In this document: piece after piece, positions 28,701 to 38,240 of the stretch | How positions within the stretch are numbered: position 1 is the stretch's first letter | Layout of the letters: every line of letters begins with the position of its first letter | Origin: Marsupella aquatica | Lineage: Eukaryota > Plantae > Marchantiophyta | Length of the DNA: 64,000 nucleotides | Assembly: GCA_973895155.1 (NCBI GenBank) | Contig: OZ316898.1 | Coordinates: 15,282,330 to 15,346,329 of the forward strand | Direction of reading: 5' to 3' | Translations under genes and position numbers: made by a program | The notes under the pieces: model-generated | The model's input: the letters and a program-made list of their open reading frames with translations, nothing else | Databases searched by the model: none | Told to the model about the DNA's origin: nothing

Positions 28701-29333
28701 TTGTTTCATGACCTTACTATTCTATTGTTTTGTAGATCTTCACGCTGCGGTTGGATATATTCGGTCGGGTTTTGAGAAAATCAACAATACCAAAAGATCC
28801 CAAGTTCCATCCATTGTCTCCTTCCGAAGATCCTTCAATTACAAATTTGATAGGACTTCTGTCTTTAAAGTTGGATCCAATGCCAGAACTTGTGGCTTGT
28901 GGAAACGGGCAGCTCACAGTTGGTTTTATGCAGTCTGTTATAGAGATCATCTCCTGTCCAGGGGATATTGTGATCGACTGGACCTGTTGCTCAGGAAGCT
29001 CATTCATGGCGGGAGACTATTGTGGTAGATTTGTTGTTGGGGTGGAAGGGCGAACAGAGTTTGTCACGACTTCAAAGTGTACCTTAGCTGACCTTTTGGA
29101 GCCAAAGTCAACTTTGACTCCAGAGAAGAGATTGTCAAGGAAAGGGAAATTAAAGAGAAGTTGGACAGAGTAGATCAATTTTGAACTTTGATTCCAAAGA
29201 GAGCGAGTCGGATGTTGTTGGGGAATCTGATGAAGAAGAGATTCCAGTTGTCAATCTAGGAGACGACGAGGCAGAGAAAACAAATCCCTCAGGATCAAAA
29301 TATGATTTCGAGGATGAGGAGTCTTCTGAGTAA
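25710..29333 (+). pseudogene. Spliced ParB/Srx-like domain + beta-class amino-DNA-methyltransferase-like fusion gene, decayed; exons ~25710-26319, 26449-27794, ~27889-28610, 28736-29333
   Basis: ParB-like segments: VRTL..IEKLKDSFRTSGY and KMFYVFDGNHRLFSW. MTase-like segments: VDAGFLYLPTG (motif IV position), MDPFLSDDGLLAILH, and FMQSVIEIISCPGDIVIDWTCCSGSSFMAGDYCGRFVVGVE (motif X-I-II pattern). Successive ORFs share frames across single stops (26747, 27272, 27632, 28240, 29171). One frameshift near 26095. Confidence 0.72.
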
Positions 29334-29719
29334 TGCTCGTAAGCTCACTCCAAATGTACGACTGTTTTCAGCAACATATTTTTGGTAAACTTAGTGTTTG
29401 TTTTAATACGGATGAAACTTTCAAGTCAAAGTGGAATACGCGGAGAAGGTTTAAACTCCAGAAAACGATCGCTGAAGCTATGGAGATTACACCAGAAAAA
29501 CCATTTATTCTCCCATCCTATGCTGAGAAAGCCGCCAGAAAAGTAGAGAGGTCTCGGACATTATTTTGGGAAACAAAAGGTCTGAGACTTAGAAGAGGTT
29601 CTGATAGGAAGTTTTTGGTGAACAAATTTGTGGATGACATGTACCGGAGTGAGTTTGTGGACGACGAGGCGAAGTCAACCGATAGATCCGATAGTAGTGA
29701 GACAAAGTCATCTGAGTAG
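29333..29719 (+). CDS. Uncharacterised 128-aa ORF downstream of the ParB-MTase gene
   Basis: Open, co-oriented, basic middle and acidic tail. No family recognised. Confidence 0.35.
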   Translation: MLVSSLQMYDCFQQHIFGKLSVCFNTDETFKSKWNTRRRFKLQKTIAEAMEITPEKPFILPSYAEKAARKVERSRTLFWETKGLRLRRGSDRKFLVNKFVDDMYRSEFVDDEAKSTDRSDSSETKSSE

Positions 29720-30223
29720 ATCAGTTATGAGAACCCCATTTGTATAATTTCCATCGTATAAAAATGTTCAGACATGAACAAATATTTGTAGTCAAATTGG
29801 TATATTGTGTTCACAAGTGAGCTTGGAGAAATATGAAAGTTCAATATTTCACTTTAGTGCCTAGCTTCATGCCAGAGACTATTGCAAAACTTGGATTCAG
29901 CTTCTTTTGGGGACATGCTTTGGGTGACTCGTATTTGTATAGCGTCTGGCGTTAACCAAATAACATGTTTTTGGAATTTTCAAGGAACGAAAATGATATG
30001 GAAATGACTTTGTTTTTGATAGCACCAGGCGTTAGCCAATAATATGCCTTCCGGAACGAGTATTACCGTTGAAGTTTTTTTCGATTAAGTGAAATGAACG
30101 TTAGCACCCGTTGGGGCGATATTCCCCGTCGGTCCATTCTCATGCGTTGGTTTGGTCGTATGTCCATTGAATCCAAAAAACAACGATCCTTTGAGGGGGC
30201 ATACATTCGAGTAAGCCCTCCAG

Positions 30224-30847
30224 ATGAGTTTCATTCCAGATGTTCACACTGTGCTCTTGTGGTTTGGAAAGTATACTTTGCGCTTGAAGGTTATTTCTTG
30301 CGTTACAAGCTTGAGTAACCCCGATCAAAGTAACCGTCAATGGACGATATGGAGCGTCCTGGTGTCAATGTCGATAATGTTGTGTGGCCCCAGAGAAGTG
30401 CCAGCGTCGGAGGAGCAGCAGACCGATCAGACGGTCAACTTTGGGTCGATTGCAGACACCTAGAGCCGCGTGACCGAGACTTCCGACATAAGGAATCATC
30501 TCCAGCTGCCTGGGGACAAGGGTATGAGCCCGGGTGAATGGAACATTCCTTGGCTTCCTGATTCTCCTCCAAGGCCATTTCAGGAGAGATTCTCAATTCA
30601 TTATCCAACTCCCAAACATCCTTCATCGAATGTCTTCTGGGATGTGGAAATTCAGTCTGCCAAATTTCTTGGTCGTATCAATTTCTATGATACAAACCTT
30701 CCTGAGTCTTCATCGCGCCCTTTGCAAAGGCTTCCTAGTGCGCGGTACGTTGCAACTCAAACATTTGGCTTTCGAGAGAAGCCAAAACGCAAGAAGGCAG
30801 GGCTCAACGACGAATGTAAATCTATGTTTGATCCGGGATCATCCTAG
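30224..30847 (+). pseudogene. Uncharacterised ~207-codon ORF broken by one stop (30461-30463)
   Basis: ORFs 30224-30463 and 30470-30847 are in the same frame. Palindrome copies at 30020 and 30872 flank it. Confidence 0.35.
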
Positions 30848-31799
30848 GATCATGGTGGTCATGGTCTTGGGTAGCGCCTGGCACTACTCATTTCATGGAG
30901 GAGACCCTTATCTGGTTCGTAGTTTGGAATCGGAGGAGGTGCACTTGGTGCTTCGTTTTGGGGTTAGGTTAGGCTTGTGAATGGGTTATTTCACCGAGGA
31001 TTACTCTGTTAGAATGAGGTTGACTACAGTCTGTAGGGCTCAATGACGGATTTGGGTCTTTTTCTGATCCGGCATTCTTGAATAGAATTGTGTGGTTAGA
31101 CTCTTAGGCCTTCCGGAGATCCTTGTTTCGCTGATGCGATCTGTGATCCAGTGAATAATTTTGAATCGGTGGAGGTGGACTTTAGGCTCCTCATTTTGGA
31201 ATTTTGTATTGTGCTTCATTAGTAGAAGCGTGTATACACAATGTTTTTGATTTAGTAAAAATCATTTTGGCTTGAGTTTTGTTAACTGGTATCATTACGT
31301 TTTTCATTTTTGGGTAGCGCCTAGCGCTATGATGTTTCATGGTTGTGTTTCATTACGGTATTCAATTTTGGGTAGCACCTGGCGCTATGATGTTTTCACG
31401 TTTGAGTCGATCGCTATGTTTGGAACCCTGGATGATTAAAAGTGAACATTGCTTTGGATTTTGAGAGTTTTTACCCATTGACTAGTCGGGTTATTCATGG
31501 AATATTCTCTTTGCACATGTTATTTTGGGATATATTGTTGACATTTTGGTTGAATTATTTTCCTATTTCCTTTTTGTTGTTTCCTGTTTGGATTTTCCTG
31601 TTTCCTGGCACAGTGTTGATTACCCATTTAAAATATGAACTTTGTTTTTGTTATTGTTAATATTCAATTGATCTCATTCACAAGTTTTCTTATTTGAAAG
31701 ACCATGCACTCTATCCACAAAACATTTTTGTTACATTCTTTCAAAATACTTTTTATTTGTAATAAACTTTTTTGAGTTTTAGGATTTACAACATTTTTG

Positions 31800-32330
31800 A
31801 AGTCAGTAAATCACCTCTTCTGTTGGCCTTTCCTAAGCTAGGGTCTCGAGCTTGGTTCTGGTCAGGTCATCAGGCCAGATTTAGTCATCAATCATCTCTC
31901 ATTGGCCCTCACTACAAAGTCTCATCCGCCATCGAGCTTCCCTCTCCTCCTCACTTCTCTTGTTCTCTTTTTGCTTTCCTTCTACTTTCTTCTCCTTAGG
32001 CACTATTTGCCAATCCCACAACATCAAAAAACCTTCAACTAGAAACTTCAAATCCTATCATTTCTAAATCCTCTTAAACAACCTTCCTTCCTCTAGTGTC
32101 CTCTTGGTCAAACAAAATCTTGACAATGAACAATTCCTATTATGGATATCGTCCCAATCACCGGGTTCCACTCTTCAAAAAATAAAATTTCTACTTCACT
32201 TACTCTACTAGAGCTCCAAAACACTAAATGCAAAGAGGCACAAGTAATACACACTTCCAATTGGAACCTCTTAATTAATTCCATGAATAAGTTCATCCCT
32301 CCTCTTGGTCCAAGGCAAATGAGTTAAAGC
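31800..32330. repeat. Diverged repeat; inverted homolog at ~41660-42080
   Basis: AATCACCGGGTTCCACTCTTCAAAA...CTACTAGAGCTCCAAAACACTAAAT matches the reverse complement of 41750-41820 (AATCACCAGGTTCCACTCATCAAAA...CTACTAAAGCTCCAAAACATCAAAT). Confidence 0.75.
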
Positions 32331-32744
32331 CCATTCTTTCGGCTTCAAATAAATCAGTCCATCACTATTCACGACCAGTTTTTGTATTTCAACTTAAGAT
32401 TTTCCTGGGATTTCAACTCTAAATCTTCTCTTTGTCATCTGTTTCATCATGCATGACCGACACCTTTCATTTCAATTTTGTGTACCCCAAAGTTTAAAAG
32501 AAACAATATGTCCAATTGTTTCATTAAGCCAAATCAAGGTTTTCTTCCTTCCCTATTGTTTCTTGTGTGTCACGGCTTCTCATCTTTGAATCACAGCTCT
32601 ATCGCACAACTCGGCATGGATGAACACAATTCCCACAACTACAGGTTTGTTCGTGGTTTGTGAGACAACATAAGGAGCTCTCTCTGTTGTTATCATGCCG
32701 CATGAATTCCTGTTTTCATTTGTTTTGTTTTCAGTTTCCTTCTA

Positions 32745-33298
32745 TTATACAAATTTTTTTATTGTGATCAATTCCAAAAGCTCCACCTCAAACTCCTCTG
32801 CGTCCTCCACCAACATGGCATTTGGATGCAAGACCTGATCCCGATTGGGATCGGTATCATTGACAAATTTCTTGAGCCGGCTACCATGGTAGCTTTTTCC
32901 AATGCCCATTTCCTTGGGTGTGCAACGACAATCCCTAGTGTCGGAAGACATTGTCAAACACTAGACTGACAACCTCTTGGGCCAAAACCATTTTTGTAGT
33001 AGGCAGGATATATGCCATCTTGGAAAAACAATCTACAATTGTCAAGATTGAGAACTTTATTGTTGTGAGACTCATGTAACCCAACAATGAAGTCCATAAA
33101 GAATGACACCCATGGCGCCATGACTACTGGTAACGGTTGTAGTAGTCCTCCTTTGTCCTATAGACCGCTTGGTTCTTTCGGCACAGTAACAACTTTGCAC
33201 GTGGCAAAGAATTGATTGCTTTATGTCTGGCCAATACACATCGTGTGACATACTGCGGCATGTAGCAACTTTTCCACCATGCACTCCCAAAAGGCAAG
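32745..33298 (-). pseudogene. Chromovirus-type Ty3/gypsy integrase and chromodomain remnant
   Basis: HGGKVAT...VYWPDIKQSI..HVQSC..C, GLLQPLPV..APWVSFFMDFIVGL, then YHGSRLKKFVND.DPNRDQ...VEDAEEFEVE. Internally deleted and frameshifted. Confidence 0.75.
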
Positions 33299-34303
33299 TG
33301 TGGTGTGTCCCATGACTCTCTAAACCCAAGAACCCACCTTGAACAAGATGATTCACATCAGTTTTGCTCTTGCCAAGGCCGGTTCCGCGGCTTGTCGGCA
33401 TGGGACGCTGCTAAAACATTTTTACTAACTTTTTACCCACATATACTGGACAGATCCTTCATCGGGTCATGAGATATAGTCGCGGAACTCGACTACCTTA
33501 ACACTTAGCTCCGACGTCGCTGACTCCAACACCGAGCTCCCTTATGGTCCAGGCCCGGATAGGCCATCCGAGGAGGACTTAGCATGGGGAGACTTGTGGG
33601 CAATGAGATGTGGCACTAGCGAAGGCAAGGAGCCAAGCTAGTGACACACACTAAGGATTTAGGCAAGCTAAGAGCTGGTCGGGTCAAGGGGAAAGGGGCC
33701 AGTCTCAAGGTCGACCATCTGGGCCCCCGGACGGACTTTGAGTTCTAAGGGGTTGAGTGTGAGCTCCTCTTGGGCCCAAGGCCAATGGAGTTGACGCCAT
33801 GGGCAACGGACGCTTGGGGTGTGAGTTATGGCCCGATCCGGGTTTGGCCGATCAGGAACCCCGAGCGGCAATGAGACCTCAGGGCCTAGGCATGAGCACT
33901 GGGTCGGTCCGATCACAACGAGCTAAGGCACTCTGCTTGCGGATGCCTACGACAAAGTTACGGGCGTTGTCAGTTGGTGGCGCGCCCAGTATGCGCGATA
34001 GGTTCCGGGTTGGAGGCCAAATGTTTAGGGACCAAAGTTGGTCCGGGGGTGGCAGGTCTCCAGAAGCATATATGAGGGGAGTGGTGTCTCCTTGAGGGCC
34101 AAGGGCGAGCCAAAGTCGTGAGCTCCGACAGTCGCGAGCTCCGACAGTCGCGACACTAAAGGAAAGCGCCAAACGGAAATGACAATATCTTTCCAACGGG
34201 AAGTCCGTTGGAGGACTTCTTGGGTGCGTTGGAAAGCTTTGAGTAAAGTTATATCATCAATTATCAGTCATTTCCATCAGTCGACCTGATATCAGTCGCC
34301 ACA
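33299..34303 (-). mobile_element. ~1-kb LTR (TGTGGCG...CACCACA on the minus strand), no internal region
   Basis: Inverted TGTGG/CCACA termini. Its last ~185 bp match 62646-62831, the LTR end in front of the PBS and gag. Flanks (GCAAG / TCATC) do not form a TSD. Confidence 0.7.
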
Positions 34304-36894
34304 TCATCTTAGAGAGGCCGCCAAGATGCGGCACCAAAAAAAATGCGAAAAATTTGATGAAGAAAAAAAAACTTTTTTTGAGATTTTTTTCACTATGGGT
34401 GTCCGTACCGTACGGACATCACTTCTCGGTGGGGTCGGCCGAGATGGACATGTGTCCGTACGATACAGACACCAAATTTTGGCAAAAAAAATTTCAATGT
34501 TTTTTTTGTTTTGAAATTTTCAAGAAAAATTCCTGTTACGAGCAAACTAGAAAATCTAAAAATGTGTCATTAAAAGTCACAATTTTCAAAATAATTTAAA
34601 ACATGACAATTTTTTGCTAGTGTAAGGCGATACTATTACTAGCTCTGGGCGCTAGCCAAAAAATATCGACTCACACAAAAAATTTAATATTTTTTCCCCA
34701 AAAAAATTCCCAAAAAAATTTCAAAAACTTTACCACCTGTTTGTTGTTACGAGAAATCATTTGTTGTTTGTTGTTTGCTGTTTGCTGTTACGGTGGTTAT
34801 ACCCGACGAAAACCGGGAGTTGGTTGCTAGAGTCGGGGCCATTATGGTCCCGGCGTGTTGGGACAAGCTTTAGGACAAGGTACACTATTTGGGCCATGAG
34901 CATGTCATGCGGTCAATTGGTGATGGATAGGTACGAGGGGGTACCCAGGCTGCGCCCAAGAAAGGAACTGCCTGGATGAATAGTGGGTGTGGGTTTTGGT
35001 TCCGGCTTATGGCATCAGGAGGACCTAATGCTAACCTATTTACCAATGTCTGTTGAGCTTGAGTTAGGATGCTAGACTTGGCAAGTTCTAGATCTTGAAG
35101 GGTTACTTACCAAGGTGTTTGGTTGCTTGTGCAGACAGTGAGGACCGTTGAGTAGCGGTTGTGTTGGAGAGCAAGTGCGGCTTCGTATGGGAGGGGCCGC
35201 TGGCAGTGCAAGGGGCACTAGGTTGCTTGCTTGAAGTATTCTGTGAAGGCATTTAGGCACCAGGGGCACTTAGACGTGAGTGTTGGGATCAGTGAGGGTG
35301 CTGGGTGGCAAGGTCCACCACTGATATGCACCGGCCTACTCTAGGCCTTTTCGTCCTCTCTTCCCTTGGTCTCCCTTTAGGTATGTTTGGATTCCGCCGC
35401 CGGAATGATGCCCAATTGGCTTGGGTAGCTGCTAAGATTCCTCTCACCTCAACACATCCAACTCTGCCTGCTCCTGATCAATGACTTCACTTACTTCTTT
35501 TCTCTCCTGTAATTGATGTGGGCAATCTTTGCACAATTGATGCAACACACAACTAGAAAGATGACTCATACTGACTAAGTTATACCGTGCAACTACGATA
35601 CAAAGAGTACTTCTCATACACAAGGTCTGCGAACTAAGCCCGAAGGCCAACTCTATTCAGCTCTTAGGCATGAGCAAACATGAATATACACAAGAGTCAC
35701 TGCATAACTAACTGAGAGCGTCTTTGACTAATTGATCCCAACCTTGCTGGTGCACTAAAAACTTGCTTAATAAGAAGGCCTGAAGTCCCAGATGCACAAG
35801 TTTTTATCTTGGCAGCGCACCTACCTATTTCCTTGCTACGTAAGCCAAATCTACCTCTAATTGGAATCTACCTATGTACAACAGGGCAAGAGCACAAGTG
35901 TTGCCCTTACAAGTGGATCCGCAATCTCACTAATCTAAGTGTCAGGGCCGCTTCTTGGCCCTGATCCTAATCATAAATTTGGAGGTCCACGCCCGCTCTG
36001 TCCACTCACGCCTCCTACCTCCATGTCCGCCCTCCCTAAAAGAAATGGCGCTCCTCCACCGTCATGACGCTGGTGGCTGGCCCTCAATGGACGCCCCCAA
36101 TCCTTCCTTGCCTACCAATGTAGGCGTCCCGTCCTTTGACAGATTACCCACTCCTGACTAGGTCAACCCATCCTCGGCGTGACCGGGCCCCACTCCTACC
36201 TCGGCTTTTGCTTCTCCAGCTTCTGCTCCCCTGGCTTCTACTCCCTCAATTTATAATAGTGGTGGGTCCGCCCCGGTGGCTTTGACACTGTCAGTCTTGG
36301 AATTGGCCATCTTGCCATAGTGGTCCTCCTCATAGGCTCGTCCTATGAGTCGGGTTGTCTTGTCCTCCCAAGATTGCGGTTGATACCAATCAATGATTGG
36401 CCACGTTGAGTCAGTGCTCGTCATAGCCTCACCCAGCTGGTCTTCTGGGCCTACCTCTAAGACTGCCACTTTGACAGCCACTACCTCACATAAGACTGGT
36501 GCCATGCTTTCTACCTCAACCACGGTGGCCTGAGGGACCGTGTTGCTCCCTAACCTGGAAGGTTTTTGCTTCTTCTTGTCCTTCCCTTCCATGGCAGCCG
36601 ATGCCTTCCCCTTGCCACTTACTTTTGATAAGGGTGAGGATTCCTCGGCTTGTCTCTCGATCAGTACCACGCTCTACAACCTTGTTGTTGCCACCGGGGG
36701 TCCATTTGTTATTGCTTGTCGATTGAACTCCTCAGACAAATTTCTTCAGCCGCTCAATTTGGTTGTCTGCCCACCTCTGCAAGTTCTCTCATTTACGCAT
36801 GGCATCCTCTAACTCTTTCTGGGTCTTGTCTAAATTCCCCTTGAGCTTTCTCCAACTCCTTCAGGTTGTCGTCCAACTCCTTCCGTAAGGCCGC

Positions 36895-38240
36895 TGTCAA
36901 GATAATTCAATTATTCATGATGAAATCATTATCACTAAGTATATTATTTAGTATATAGGTTAGGTTTATATTTTGTTACAAAGTAAGTTCTAAATAGTTT
37001 GACTATTACTTATGTGCATGCAAGGTAAGCAACTATGCAAACCACAAAATGCATGCACAAATTGTTTTATTTACATGCATTAGACTTTGTTTTATGTGCA
37101 TGCAAGGTGAACAAATGTGCAAGCCACAAGGTGCATGCACAAATTGTTTTATTTGCATGTATTAGTTTTTTAATGCGCATGCAAGGTGAGCAAATGTGCA
37201 AGCCACAAGGTGTATGCACAAGTTATTTTATGCGCATGCAAGATGAGCAAATGTTCAAGCCACAAGAGGCATGCACAAATTATTTTATGCGCATGCAAGG
37301 TGAGCAAATATGCAAGCCACAAGGTGCATGCATGCACAAATTGTTTTAGGTGTATGCATTAGTCATTTTACTTGCATGCATCATTTGTTTTGATTGCAAT
37401 AATACACAATTCCTACGTTGGATATGTGTCACTTGATTTTCATCCAAGCGTTTGGGCGTAATCCATGCCCTCTTGGATTCAATATAAATAAAGTGGTGAG
37501 GGGCACTCTCTCCTCATTCCCATATTTTGATAATTTTTGTGTCGAAGCGATCATCTTTTCTTCTCTCATCTTTCTTTTCTATTCTTTGCCTTATGTACAT
37601 AGTAGTGGGGCATCCTTTGGCCCGGATAGCAAAAAAATGAGTGATAGACTTATAGATGGGACCTTAGGGAACAAGGTCTTTTTGGGGACTTAGGGGTGGG
37701 GCATCCTTTCGCCCAGATAGCAAAGAAACAAGAAAGTCATTATGAATCCAGGAGGAAGAGATATCCCTAATCTTCCCCTTTGTAACCCATTTTGGGTTAG
37801 AGTCCATCTTTTAGACAAGCCATCCATGAGGCAACAATTAACTTATCACTTTGGAGCTCAATTTATAACTGTTGTTATGAGTTCTAATGAGCCAATAGTA
37901 TACCCAGTGGTGTCTTACCGAGAGCAGTGGGAGTGCATTATCTTTATCCTTTATTAAAGTCATGGATCTAAATAGGAGTCCAGATGACATTCCTAATTCA
38001 TTTTCTCTTGGAGATATTAGGATCGTATGTTGTAGAAAAAATAGTTTCCAAGATATGTTGATCCGCAAGTATGGTGAAGTAGAATTTAATAGTATATTAG
38101 TTTCACCGAAACCTTTTTTAATACCCACTACCCTTTTTACAAAAGTTATCATTTTGGTTTTAGTGTAGAACTTATGGGCATACAAGGTTGACTTCATAAG
38201 AGCCAACATGCTCATACCAGAAAACACGATCACCTGAACA
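36895..38240. mobile_element. Solo LTR with 4-bp TSD (CCGC) inserted in the ORF cassette
   Basis: TGTCAAG...CCTGAACA termini with CCGC at 36891-36894 and 38241-38244. Removing it restores collinearity with 61175-61215. Confidence 0.8.
37010..37385. repeat. ~59-bp tandem repeat, ~5-6 copies
   Basis: Unit approximately ATGCGCATGCAAGGTGAGCAAATGTGCAAGCCACAAGGTGCATGCACAAATTATTTT. Confidence 0.9.

Larger units (their letters stand above)
26410..34654. repeat. Dispersed 15-bp palindrome TAGCGCCWGGCGCTA, ~10 copies
   Basis: Copies at 26410, 27851, 28635, 28674, 29940, 30020, 30872, 31315, 31373 and 34640, with 0-3 mismatches each. Confidence 0.9.

Noticed and set aside
25710-29333. Bacterial or phage contamination as the source of the ParB-MTase
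   Set aside because: The gene has spliceosomal-type introns and is embedded among plant TEs.
37010-37385. Regular repeats resembling a CRISPR array
   Set aside because: Head-to-tail tandem units with no unique spacers, inside a plant solo LTR, with no cas genes.
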